From a bacterium (GTDB lineage Bacteria; Patescibacteriota; Microgenomatia; UBA1400; UBA12108): a stretch of 56,576 nt of DNA. The translations under genes were made by a program, and so were the position numbers. The notes under the pieces were generated by a model that was not told the DNA's origin, searched no databases, and saw nothing but the letters and a program-made list of their open reading frames with translations. Location: NCBI GenBank assembly GCA_043809365.1, contig JAZDDW010000003.1, positions 1 through 56,576 on the forward strand. Reading direction: 5' to 3'. Position 1 is the stretch's first letter; each line of letters starts with the position of its first letter. Positions 36,923 to 46,084 of the stretch are shown here, piece after piece.

Positions 36923-37608
36923 AAGTTCCTCCACCAATAATTGGGTAATTGCGCAATAATTCTAAATCCGTCCCAGATAGAAAATCCTTTATATTTATCT
37001 AAATAGATTGTGTCAACCACAACTGTTTTAAATGGTAATTTTCTCCTTCCAATAATTGTGATCACTTCAGTTTCAACTCCGTAGTTATTTGATAACCAAC
37101 TTACACGCTCATAACCTTGTTTTGTAAAAGCTCGAAACCCGCACATGATGTCTGGAATCGCAATCATAAACAGTTTTCGCATTAATGTTGCCATAAGTAC
37201 ATTTCCAGCCTTACGATGCCAAGGAATTTCGGCTTTCAACAATCTAATCCCGATCACTATCTCATTGCCCCGCTTTAGCTCCCTAGCAAATTCCTTAATA
37301 TGTTTCGGGTGATGCTGATTGTCTCCGTCCATAAATATTACACCCTCCGCGCCTAACTTCCAGGCCAATTCAGCACCCATCCTCATTGCATAACCCTTTC
37401 CCCAATTTTTCTCCAGATGGATAGTTTTAATCCCCCTAATAGTATCGATAATTTCTCCAGTCTTATCTGTAGAACCATCGTTAACCACAATTATCTGGTG
37501 GCAATATGGTCTAATCTGATTGATACATTTACGAATATTTCTTGCTTCGTTGTAGGCAGGAATTATCACGAAGAAATTCAAATGTTCGTTCTTGGAAATT
37601 TTTCTCAT
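36919..37608 (-). CDS. GT2, polyprenyl-phosphate sugar synthase-like (GtrB/DPM1-like), no TM tail
   Basis: FVIIPAYNEARNIRKCI...IIVVNDGSTDKTGEII...GKGYAM...FMDGDNQH. Confidence 0.75.
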   Translation of the reverse strand: MRKISKNEHLNFFVIIPAYNEARNIRKCINQIRPYCHQIIVVNDGSTDKTGEIIDTIRGIKTIHLEKNWGKGYAMRMGAELAWKLGAEGVIFMDGDNQHHPKHIKEFARELKRGNEIVIGIRLLKAEIPWHRKAGNVLMATLMRKLFMIAIPDIMCGFRAFTKQGYERVSWLSNNYGVETEVITIIGRRKLPFKTVVVDTIYLDKYKGFSIWDGFRIIAQLPNYWWRNL

Positions 37609-38294
37609 AATTTTTTGATTAATAAAACTTGAGTAGTTTCCATCGGTTGAAGTTTTTCCGGCTTCCCTTTGATAAAATCATTGAAGGCTCGCCAGACTCC
37701 TTCGTTTTGGCCATAATCATGAGACAATATTCTCCCTCCTGGTATCATTCTCGGATAAAAAAACTTCAGCGCCTCGTTAGTGGAGTCTTGTAAGTCAACA
37801 TCCAAATGGACAAACGAAAATCTCAATCGGCTAATAGGACCAGCCGTATCTGGAAAATACCCGGGATAGATCTTGACTTTAGGGTATTTTTTAAGTCTTT
37901 GTCTCACTAATTGTTCATCAGCCGTGAACAATCCTTTCTTAAAACGCGCGTCCTTCTTGCCTACTTCAGGTAAACCCCGAAAAGTATCAAACAAATATAA
38001 CGGAGTTTTTCCCTTGGCTTCACAAATTAGTTTGGCCGAGGCCCCGCGGAAAACCCCCACTTCCGCGAATGCTCCCTGATCTTTCATAATCAAGGCCTGG
38101 GTCCAAACATTAAGCAACTCTCCAGGGTAAAATAAAACATTCTTCTCTTCATGATAGATCTTCTTTACTAAGTTTACCCCCGTTTTTTCCGTCGGGTTTC
38201 GCTTATAATAACCAAGTTTCGCTAGCTCTAAGCGCGCAATTATCTGTTTTGCAAGCATCACCAGACTAGTATTTACCAATTTGTCATCAATCAT
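37605..38294 (-). CDS. TylF/MycF-family O-methyltransferase
   Basis: GAFAEVGVFRGASAKLI...FVHLDVDLQDSTNEALKFFYPRMIPGGRILSHDY. AGGAG about 10 nt upstream of the ATG. Confidence 0.75.
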   Translation of the reverse strand: MIDDKLVNTSLVMLAKQIIARLELAKLGYYKRNPTEKTGVNLVKKIYHEEKNVLFYPGELLNVWTQALIMKDQGAFAEVGVFRGASAKLICEAKGKTPLYLFDTFRGLPEVGKKDARFKKGLFTADEQLVRQRLKKYPKVKIYPGYFPDTAGPISRLRFSFVHLDVDLQDSTNEALKFFYPRMIPGGRILSHDYGQNEGVWRAFNDFIKGKPEKLQPMETTQVLLIKKL

Positions 38295-38301
38295 AACAAT
38301 C

Positions 38302-39159
38302 TTACTCCTGGCTAATATTGTAGCGTATCTGATTCAGATTTTGTGAAAATACTTCCCCCATAGTTAAGCGCAAAGATGCTTGTTGGCAACTAATAATCTC
38401 GGCGATTTTATTCAAAGCCCCGTTAACTCCCAAGTAATGAATCCAGCTGTCTATGAGGGGCAACTGCATCCGAGGCGATAAAGAGTCAATCTCTCGGGGA
38501 TGAAGATAAAAAACTATTGGTTTTCCTGCTCTATTTAGTTGGTCACCAAATTTTCTTATCGCCCAAAAAGGTAGTATTCGCAGATAAAAACCGCCCGCAA
38601 ATCCCCAGTTTTTCCCCGCAATTTTTGTTACAGAAGCAGGGACCTCCCACACTCCAGCGTTTGTTAGATGGGGGGCTTGTGTGGCATCGGGGATACCATA
38701 AAGAGGAGTACTTACTGGGAATACCGACGATGAATATTTTATTTGGTTTTCAGCCAACACTTGGTAATACCAGCTCCGTATCTGTTTGTTGATTGACCAT
38801 GAAGGAGCACGGAACCCACGTACCTTCTTTCCCGTAATCTGTTCAAGAATATTTACTGATTCATTCAGGTCCTTGGTGAATTCCTTCGCAGTCATCTCCC
38901 AAACTAATCTATGGTGATTGCCGTGGGAGGCGATTTCGTGACCAGCTTGCGCAATGCTCTTGATCAACCCCTTTCTCTTGATCGCTACTTCGCCTACTAC
39001 AAAAAAAGTTGCTCTAACTGCATATTGCTCACATAATTCAAGTAATGTCTTTACCTGCCAATCTAGTCGCGAATACTTGTTCGCCTGCTTATTTTGGCGG
39101 ACACCTGCATAATTCGCGTGGTACCACTCCTCAATGTCAAAAGTCAAGAAATTGTCCAT
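38302..39159 (-). CDS. Polysaccharide deacetylase (CE4, DUF3473-containing subfamily)
   Basis: LTFDIEEWYH...ATFFVVGEVA...GHEIASHGNHH...FRAPSWS. Confidence 0.8.
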   Translation of the reverse strand: MDNFLTFDIEEWYHANYAGVRQNKQANKYSRLDWQVKTLLELCEQYAVRATFFVVGEVAIKRKGLIKSIAQAGHEIASHGNHHRLVWEMTAKEFTKDLNESVNILEQITGKKVRGFRAPSWSINKQIRSWYYQVLAENQIKYSSSVFPVSTPLYGIPDATQAPHLTNAGVWEVPASVTKIAGKNWGFAGGFYLRILPFWAIRKFGDQLNRAGKPIVFYLHPREIDSLSPRMQLPLIDSWIHYLGVNGALNKIAEIISCQQASLRLTMGEVFSQNLNQIRYNISQE

Positions 39160-39160
39160 C

Positions 39161-40909
39161 TTATCCTCGCCTCACATATTTCCAGTATTTTGGGTTAAGT
39201 GCCAGAACTCCAGTACAAACTATTGTGGCTATCGCTCCACGTAGATCCTGACGGTCCCACTCTTCACACAACTTTGGAATTCCTCGACAAAATTCCCACA
39301 AAGATTCATGAGCTTCTTGGGTTAAATATCGCAAAATATCTCCCGGAATCAACCATCGACATCTAATTCCATCTTGATATTTGGGTGCGGGTGGTAACAT
39401 TTCCCCCTTCGCCGCTTTCGCATATAACAAAGGAAAATTTACGTGAGCTCTTACCGCAAGCTCGAGACTCCCCCAAAAGCGGGGATTTATCTCCAGAAGG
39501 TGTGGGACATGGGTCAGCGGATCTGTTTTCCACTCAACCATGGCCACTCCTCGCCAATTTAGATGCTCTAATAGTTTTTGGCTCATTGATTCAAGGTGTT
39601 TGTAATGGATACTGATCCTGTCTGTGCTGGGTCCCCCCGTATTGGGATACTGCTGTAGTCTTTTGTGTGAGAACTGTGCTCTGCACTTACCTTTTTGGTC
39701 GTACAATAGACTCACACCATAGGCCTCGCCGCCCGAGCCTATTCGTTCTTGGACAATCAATTTCCCGTACTTTTGCCAATGGTCAATCCAGTTAATTTCT
39801 ATTCCAGGTTTTAGGTATACGAGCCCTTTGGATCCATTACCTTCAATTGGCTTTATCACCACTTGCTGGTGAGCCAAATTGTTTAGTAATGAGATGAGTT
39901 CTCCTGGATTTTTGGGGAAATAAGTTTTGGGAGTAGGGATACCCAATTTTCGTGCCGTCAACATGGTTAGCCCTTTATTGGCCGCAACTTTCAACATTTC
40001 CTTGTCAGGCAACAAGAAATCCGCATATTTTGCCAATTCTCCTCGATGCTCACTACACCAGCTGACCGTGGCGTCTTCCATGGGGAAGATCACGGGTCGA
40101 ACTTCGCTCTGTTTAACCAAATTTACGATTTGAGTGATAGGCGCGCTCATTCTCTTTGTGGTAAACCTAGACCAGTGACCAATCGTCCAAAAAGTGCCCC
40201 CGAGCACCGCTACGTCGTAGTTTGCTTTACCTAGTGATCTGATGACCGAGAGACTCTTCCGCCACAGTCCATCAGTTACGATGGCACATAAATCGTTGGG
40301 TACTCTTGGCATAATTTTCCGGTATGAAAACTGGGCAAGCGACAGTATCCCCTCATCACTCCTATGGTCACCGTAAGCATAGATCACCCGATCTCGATAA
40401 TTTGGATACAGTTTTTTGAAGGCCGATACTTTGTGGTTACCAAAGATATTTGTGGCGATTTCCGGCAAATAGTATTTCCCCTTTTCTTTGAGAGTTGAGG
40501 CCAGCACCGTCTTTATCTGATTATTCTCGGCCCAAGGCTTGATCCAGCTACCAAGCGACGCGCTCACCACAACTACTTCGTGTCCGCTCTTTTGGTGCCA
40601 ACGGATTCTCTCCAGTGCTTCTCTCTTGATTATATCTGGCAAACGATCCCTGGCATATTGCCATGTTTCTTTCTCCCAAGCCATCTTATTCACTTTACCT
40701 ACCAATTTTTGCAGGATTTTTTCCTTTGGCACTCTGTTATCTACAATTCCCATTAGATATAAAATAATCCAAAAAACATTGGTCATCGTGCTAGTTACAA
40801 ATTTCCACCACCCAAACCGATATCTCAAAAAATCATTAAAGCTATCTTTTGTAGTTATGGTTCCATCGAAATCAAATATTGCAAGCTTTGAATCTACATT
40901 TTTTGGCAT
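39161..40909 (-). CDS. Fusion: HAD-IB phosphatase-like domain + ATP-grasp ligase domain
   Basis: AIFDFDGTITTKDS...VVVVSASL...YGDHRSDEG (HAD motifs I-III). The C-terminal about 330 aa has an ATP-grasp pattern (VVIKPIEGNGSKG...VQERI...EINPRFWGS). Confidence 0.7.
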   Translation of the reverse strand: MPKNVDSKLAIFDFDGTITTKDSFNDFLRYRFGWWKFVTSTMTNVFWIILYLMGIVDNRVPKEKILQKLVGKVNKMAWEKETWQYARDRLPDIIKREALERIRWHQKSGHEVVVVSASLGSWIKPWAENNQIKTVLASTLKEKGKYYLPEIATNIFGNHKVSAFKKLYPNYRDRVIYAYGDHRSDEGILSLAQFSYRKIMPRVPNDLCAIVTDGLWRKSLSVIRSLGKANYDVAVLGGTFWTIGHWSRFTTKRMSAPITQIVNLVKQSEVRPVIFPMEDATVSWCSEHRGELAKYADFLLPDKEMLKVAANKGLTMLTARKLGIPTPKTYFPKNPGELISLLNNLAHQQVVIKPIEGNGSKGLVYLKPGIEINWIDHWQKYGKLIVQERIGSGGEAYGVSLLYDQKGKCRAQFSHKRLQQYPNTGGPSTDRISIHYKHLESMSQKLLEHLNWRGVAMVEWKTDPLTHVPHLLEINPRFWGSLELAVRAHVNFPLLYAKAAKGEMLPPAPKYQDGIRCRWLIPGDILRYLTQEAHESLWEFCRGIPKLCEEWDRQDLRGAIATIVCTGVLALNPKYWKYVRRG

Positions 40910-40919
40910 AATCTCTAAA

Positions 40920-41663
40920 TCACGAAGTTTTTTGTAGCAAAATAACCATCGACCATCTCAAATCTTCTGGCATTGGTATCAAGTCATACATACTACTCTC
41001 AATAATCGTAAAATTATTCCTCTCTAAAATATCCTTCCACTGTCGATACGATCTTTGGTGTTCAACGTCTGTATCTTTTTGAAGATGAGTCCTGATAAAA
41101 TGTTTTAACCTGAACGTGGGGGAAATATAATTTTCCTCATTGATTATCAGATAGCTATTTTTCGGCATATAATTTGAGAGTCTGTGAATAAATTTTTCTA
41201 CAGCAGGTAAATGGTGGAGTGCATAGGCAAGCACAGCAACATCAGGTTTACCTTTTAGTAATTTAGTGATATTTGTTTCCCATTTATCCCGAGCCACTAA
41301 ATCCGCGCGTAAATACTTGACTCTTGCGATTTTCGATTGCTTTACGAATAATTTTGCCAATAATAATTCGTCTTGATCACAATCAACTCCTACTACAAAG
41401 TTTTTTGGATAAGACAATGCTGAAGACACCAGCCCGCCTCCACAGGCGAAGTCCACGATTTTTATTGGTTTACCCAGCTTACGCGAAATATATCTTGAAT
41501 AATCCAAAATCGAAGCTAATCTTTTTTTGTTTAGAGCGGAAAATGGATGGTCGAGGAAATAGCCAAATGTTGGACCTAATTTTGGATATTTAGCTTTCCC
41601 CTTACTCATCTCATAGAATATTCTTGCTTGAGTTAATATTTTATCCACTATTTTTGATTTCAT
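40920..41663 (-). CDS. Class I SAM-dependent methyltransferase
   Basis: ATG at 41663 (MKSKIVDKIL) chosen. IVDFACGGGLVSSAL motif I...VAVLAYALHHL. Confidence 0.7.
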   Translation of the reverse strand: MKSKIVDKILTQARIFYEMSKGKAKYPKLGPTFGYFLDHPFSALNKKRLASILDYSRYISRKLGKPIKIVDFACGGGLVSSALSYPKNFVVGVDCDQDELLLAKLFVKQSKIARVKYLRADLVARDKWETNITKLLKGKPDVAVLAYALHHLPAVEKFIHRLSNYMPKNSYLIINEENYISPTFRLKHFIRTHLQKDTDVEHQRSYRQWKDILERNNFTIIESSMYDLIPMPEDLRWSMVILLQKTS

Positions 41664-41669
41664 GCGTAT

Positions 41670-41675
41670 AGTATA
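41670..41675 (-). promoter_or_regulatory. -10-like box abutting a start codon (leaderless-type)
   Basis: TATACT on the minus strand, 6 nt before the start at 41663. Confidence 0.45.
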
Positions 41676-41695
41676 GACAAATCCAGCCAATTTGC

Positions 41696-41701
41696 TACAT
41701 T
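41696..41701 (+). promoter_or_regulatory. -10-like box abutting a start codon (leaderless-type)
   Basis: TACATT, 6 nt before the ATG at 41708. Confidence 0.35.
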
Positions 41702-41707
41702 TAACCC

Positions 41708-42313
41708 ATGGTAGACAACCTCGATTTATCCGAGCGGGCGAGTGAAGGTAAGAAAACAATTGGCAGATCGGTCTCAATCAACGGAGTTCACGCCATTGAT
41801 CTGGACGTCAAACAATCCGCAAACTTGAGTGACCCGCTCCTCGATATCAATTTTAAAGTGAACAATCCAATCGGTCGTCTGTGGTTGGCATTAAAAAGAA
41901 TCTGGAAATCACAGAATACTATTATCTCCCTCCGTTTTACTATCCCCCTCCTTGTGCTCCCTATTGCCCTCTACGTTCTCTATGTGTTGTGGCAGGGTAG
42001 GGGACTCAACCTCCCTATGTCCAAGCTCGGGGTCATTCACCAAGTCAATATGGCCGGGACCCCCAGGGATATCTTGGTTCTGCCCACTTCGGACGTCTAT
42101 GTCATCGACTATGCCAGCGCTTTTAATCAAACCACCCGTCTGACGGAAAAACCCGTGATCGTCGTAGGTACCTACCACTCCCCGAGTAACACCCTCAAAG
42201 TCGAGAGTCTTACCCCCTATTCTCAACTAGACCTCCCTCCGACCGTCGTAGTCCCAGGTTCACCGCGCTCCGTCTGGGACAACATCTGGCAGTTCATCAC
42301 CCAGTTTCGCTAG
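41708..42313 (+). CDS. Hypothetical single-pass membrane protein
   Basis: 201 aa with one TM segment (FTIPLLVLPIALYVLYVLW). No recognisable domain. Confidence 0.45.
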   Translation: MVDNLDLSERASEGKKTIGRSVSINGVHAIDLDVKQSANLSDPLLDINFKVNNPIGRLWLALKRIWKSQNTIISLRFTIPLLVLPIALYVLYVLWQGRGLNLPMSKLGVIHQVNMAGTPRDILVLPTSDVYVIDYASAFNQTTRLTEKPVIVVGTYHSPSNTLKVESLTPYSQLDLPPTVVVPGSPRSVWDNIWQFITQFR

Positions 42314-42316
42314 TGC

Positions 42317-42322
42317 TACAAT
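42317..42322 (+). promoter_or_regulatory. -10-like box abutting a start codon (leaderless-type)
   Basis: TACAAT, 6 nt before the ATG at 42329. Confidence 0.45.
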
Positions 42323-42328
42323 TAGCTT

Positions 42329-42760
42329 ATGCCAGGGGGTAAAGAAGTCATCGAAAAAAATGGGCAGATCTTTGCTCACGTGATCCGCAAGGGGTATCGT
42401 CCCGCCGGAGTCAATTTCTTGACCCCCGACGACTACACTCTCCAGCTGGGGCTTATTGGTCATCCCTCGGGCCGCCATATTCGTGACCATATTCACAACC
42501 CCCATATCCATTATCAGGTTGACACCACCCAAGAATTTCTCTATGTCGAACAAGGTAAAGTCAAAGCCACCATCTACGACTATGGCTGGAATGTGATCAA
42601 AGAAGTAACTCTCAATCAGGGCGACATTCTTCTCCAAGTCTCGGGTGGTCATGGTTTTGACGTGCTCGAACCTAGTTACTTGATCGAGATCAAACAAGGT
42701 CCTTTCCCCGGTGACAAACTCATGAAATTTTACAAAGAAGAGCCTACGGTAAAGCCATGA
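42329..42760 (+). CDS. Cupin-fold protein (possible sugar ketoisomerase, FdtA/WxcM-like)
   Basis: His-rich GRHIRDHIHNPHIH and GDILLQVSGGHGF resemble cupin motifs 1 and 2. ATGA-coupled to the DegT aminotransferase. Confidence 0.5.
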   Translation: MPGGKEVIEKNGQIFAHVIRKGYRPAGVNFLTPDDYTLQLGLIGHPSGRHIRDHIHNPHIHYQVDTTQEFLYVEQGKVKATIYDYGWNVIKEVTLNQGDILLQVSGGHGFDVLEPSYLIEIKQGPFPGDKLMKFYKEEPTVKP

Positions 42761-43863
42761 TTCCCGTCAATGCACCCTTAATTACTGACGAGTCTAAGCA
42801 GTTAGTTCTAGATGCGTTGAATGAGGGTTGGATCAGTTCTGCTGGGCCCTACATTACCAGGTTCGAAAAGGAATTTGCTCAGTACTTGGGTGTCAAACAC
42901 TCCATCCTCGTTAATACCGGTACCGCTGCCCTCCACGTGGCCTTGCTCGCCTCTGGGATTGGGCTAGGCGACGAGGTCATTGTTCCAGCCTTCACCATGG
43001 CTTCTTCCTACCTGGCAGTCATGTACACTGGCGCCACTCCTGTTTTTGTAGATGTCGAGCCCGACATCTTTACCCTCGATCCTGCTTCAATCGCCGGCGC
43101 AATCACCGCCCATACCAAAGCTATTATGCCCGTTCATATCTACGGTCACCCCGCCGACCTAGACCCCATTTTGCACCTGGCCAAACAACATCATCTCCTG
43201 GTGATTGAGGATGCCGCCGAAGCTCATGGAGCTACCTACCGCGGAATCAAAGTAGGGAGCCTAGGGGATATCAATGCTTTTAGTTTTTATGCCAACAAAA
43301 TTGTCACAACCGGGGAGGGGGGGATGGTGACCACCAACAATGATCATCTCGCGAGTCTCGCTCGCCGTTACCGTGATCTCTGCCACTCTCCCAAAAAGCG
43401 TTTTATCCATGATGATCTCGGTTACAACTATCGCGCGACTTCTCTCCAGGCCGCCCTCGGCCTGGGCTCGCTCCATGCCATTAGTGACTCGCTCCGTCAA
43501 AAACAGCACATGGCAGAACTCTATAAGCAGGGTTTGTCCGGTATCCCCGGTCTTACCTTACCCACAACGAGAGATTGGGCCACCAATGTTTACTGGATGT
43601 ATGCGATTTTGGTCGATCCAAAGAAATTTGGGATGAATAAAGATCAGCTTCGCATAGAACTGCTCAAACACGGCGTTGATACCCGCGATTTCTTCTATGC
43701 CCCCTCCGACCAACCCATTCTCCACTCCAAAAAACACTTTCCCGTCACCGAAAAAATTGCGGCTCATGGTCTCTACCTCCCCTCTGGTCTTGCTTTGACC
43801 GACGCGCAAATCCAATCCGTCTGCCGCACTATTTCCCGCATCTCAGCCGCCAAGCCTCTCTAG
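42757..43863 (+). CDS. DegT/DnrJ/EryC1/StrS-family PLP-dependent sugar aminotransferase
   Basis: GTAALHVAL...EDAAEAHGA...FSFYANKIVTTGEGGMV (PLP Lys) ...YNYR. Confidence 0.85.
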   Translation: MIPVNAPLITDESKQLVLDALNEGWISSAGPYITRFEKEFAQYLGVKHSILVNTGTAALHVALLASGIGLGDEVIVPAFTMASSYLAVMYTGATPVFVDVEPDIFTLDPASIAGAITAHTKAIMPVHIYGHPADLDPILHLAKQHHLLVIEDAAEAHGATYRGIKVGSLGDINAFSFYANKIVTTGEGGMVTTNNDHLASLARRYRDLCHSPKKRFIHDDLGYNYRATSLQAALGLGSLHAISDSLRQKQHMAELYKQGLSGIPGLTLPTTRDWATNVYWMYAILVDPKKFGMNKDQLRIELLKHGVDTRDFFYAPSDQPILHSKKHFPVTEKIAAHGLYLPSGLALTDAQIQSVCRTISRISAAKPL

Positions 43864-44515
43864 TATAAGCCAGTGCCATATTCAACAACTTAGACTTACT
43901 CGCTCCTCCGAGGCGCGGTTGGTAACGAGTGGGTACCTCGACAATTTTCCATCCTGCTTGTTTGGCATAATAAACGAGACGAAGATGATAATCTCCGTAG
44001 CCATAATAAATCCTGCTAAGTCCCAATTTCTCCAGATCTACTTTCTTTACCGCGTAATATCCACTCGTGTTGTCCCAGATCGGGAGTCCAAACAATCTAA
44101 ACATGGCGTTAAATAAGAAAGTCGGCAACATTCTCCACCCTTTCATCCCTCCCTCGCCCTTAAATCGCGAAGCCACCACCAGCTTGGTTTCCCCGGTTAA
44201 ATTTTTCAGAATATTGGGTAGATCGCAAGGATCATGGTTCCCATCCGCATCCATTCCGATAATGATGTTCCCCTTAGCTTCTTCAATCCCACGTCCTATC
44301 GACAACCCCAGTCCACGGTCTTTCGTCCGGACGATCACTCTCACTTGGGGATTATTTAGCTTTCTCACCGCTTCGGCCGTTCCGTCTGGGCTATTATCAT
44401 CCACCACGACCACCTCAAACCTTCTCTTATTTAAGATCTCACAAATCTGGGTTACGTTTTTGACAATCGCTTCACGTTCGTTATATGTAGGTAAAATGAC
44501 ACTGACAAAATCCAT
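43829..44515 (-). CDS. GT2, polyprenyl-phosphate mannose/glucose synthase-like (DPM1/Ppm1-like)
   Basis: VSVILPTYNEREAIVKNV...VVVVDDNSPDGTAEAVRKL...GMDADGNHDP. The 3' end overlaps DegT convergently by 35 nt. Confidence 0.8.
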   Translation of the reverse strand: MDFVSVILPTYNEREAIVKNVTQICEILNKRRFEVVVVDDNSPDGTAEAVRKLNNPQVRVIVRTKDRGLGLSIGRGIEEAKGNIIIGMDADGNHDPCDLPNILKNLTGETKLVVASRFKGEGGMKGWRMLPTFLFNAMFRLFGLPIWDNTSGYYAVKKVDLEKLGLSRIYYGYGDYHLRLVYYAKQAGWKIVEVPTRYQPRLGGASKSKLLNMALAYTREAWRLRCGK

Positions 44516-46068
44516 AAATACACTCCTATGCCGACTAATGTTATCAGGTTTCCAACTTTCTGCACAATAGGCGCCTCAAATTTAATTTCCAATACCTGCT
44601 CACCCTTTTTGACACGGCAACCAATCAGTCCCGAGTCATCTATATGTGAGAGCCTTCGCTTTGTCACAAAACAATTCTCCGGTATTACCCATCCAGGGAA
44701 AAATGCTGTATTGATCCTCACCACTCCCTCTCCCTCACTTACAATTTTAAATTTTTTGTAATTTGATCTATCGCTCAACTGCTCTATGGATCCATGGCCC
44801 CCAATAAACTCGGCTCTCTTCCCAAAAGGTGCACTATCCCGAGTGGCTCTGGTACGCGGGGCATATTCTCCGTAACTATCCCCTGTCTCCCCCGCAAAAA
44901 ACTCCTCACCCTTATCCCAATACTTATCAGTGTGGGCAATCGGCAGTGACTGTAACACCAATATCACAGTTATGACACAAACAACTACATTTGAGATTTG
45001 CCATTTAAGATTTGAGATTATTTTTGCTCCTATCCATGCAGTTGCAAATACCAAACACATCAGTAGTCGCCACGGAAAATCAATAATTGTTGACAGATGT
45101 AGAACTTTGTATACCGGTAGTGAGATAGGTAGGATGAAAAACAAAACTAACAAGCTGGTACCAACTAAGTATCGCAGTTCACTCTTTTTTTGGCGTAGTG
45201 CCACCCACGCCCCTGCCAAGAGTGCTCCCCATTGTACGCCTCCCAACTCAAAGGACATCCCATCACCACCACCCGGTAACGAAACTCCGTATCCCCACGG
45301 AGAGCGGATTAATTGGTTGAGCGTCGGGAACATCAGGAGTGTATCCGACAACTCCGGGCTGTAATAGGTGTATTGGGTGAGCGCGAGGGTGGGGATTAGG
45401 TTAAATGCCGACAGTAGTAGCCCTAGTCCAAACGAGACTCCAAACAGCGTGAGTCGCTCAATTCTTTTGGCTTTGTCTCCTACCCATAAGCAGTATCCGA
45501 GGAAAAAAACCGAAAAAGCCGCCGAAGCTAGGGGATGTGTCAAAAATAATCCCGCCCACCCTACGGTCAGAAGAGGTAGGAACGAGCGGGTAAATCCCCA
45601 GATTAGTAGTGGGGGGAACACAAATGCCAGCGACTCCCCGAGCGCTCCCCGTACATAAATATCCACCAGGTGATAGGGCGCCAAAGTATAGATCAGACTA
45701 CCAATCCATGCGGCGCTCATCCCAAATCGTTTGCGTAATGCCAGATACATAAGTACTCCCGATAACACATAAGACAGACCCAAGGAAAACTTATAGCTAT
45801 CAAAATAGGACAGTCCCAGGCGATGCCAGATCTCTCCTAGCATATAAGGCAGTTGGTAATTGAGCATCATGACCGGTGACCCAATCCCTCCCAGTACTTC
45901 CTTTGCCCACATGGGAGGGAACTGGCCATCGAGTAGCGCTGTATGGTAGCCGATGGCGCGGGAGATATGGGGATTAGAGTCGTGCATCATGGGAAGGCCA
46001 AGTTTTGCCAAGTCCCGCATAAAGAAAGAGAGTAGTAAACCAAGACATATCCCCAGCAACCATTTCAT
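44452..46068 (-). CDS. PTPS-related-type polytopic membrane protein (GT-C-like), paralog of 9227-11539 without the methyltransferase
   Basis: MHDSNPHISRAIGYHTALLDGQFPPMWAKEVLGGIGSPVMMLNYQLPYML parallels the N-terminus of the 9227 gene. Same TM-bundle + beta-rich domain + terminal TM layout. Confidence 0.6.
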   Translation of the reverse strand: MKWLLGICLGLLLSFFMRDLAKLGLPMMHDSNPHISRAIGYHTALLDGQFPPMWAKEVLGGIGSPVMMLNYQLPYMLGEIWHRLGLSYFDSYKFSLGLSYVLSGVLMYLALRKRFGMSAAWIGSLIYTLAPYHLVDIYVRGALGESLAFVFPPLLIWGFTRSFLPLLTVGWAGLFLTHPLASAAFSVFFLGYCLWVGDKAKRIERLTLFGVSFGLGLLLSAFNLIPTLALTQYTYYSPELSDTLLMFPTLNQLIRSPWGYGVSLPGGGDGMSFELGGVQWGALLAGAWVALRQKKSELRYLVGTSLLVLFFILPISLPVYKVLHLSTIIDFPWRLLMCLVFATAWIGAKIISNLKWQISNVVVCVITVILVLQSLPIAHTDKYWDKGEEFFAGETGDSYGEYAPRTRATRDSAPFGKRAEFIGGHGSIEQLSDRSNYKKFKIVSEGEGVVRINTAFFPGWVIPENCFVTKRRLSHIDDSGLIGCRVKKGEQVLEIKFEAPIVQKVGNLITLVGIGVYLWILSVSFYLHITNVKRLSKT

Positions 46069-46076
46069 ATCCTCAT

Positions 46077-46084
46077 AGTATACT
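46077..46084. promoter_or_regulatory. Palindrome AGTATACT giving a TATACT -10 box on both strands of a 22-bp divergent gap
   Basis: Plus-strand TATACT at 46079-46084 is 6 nt before the ATG at 46091. Minus-strand TATACT at 46077-46082 is 8 nt before the start at 46068. Confidence 0.5.
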
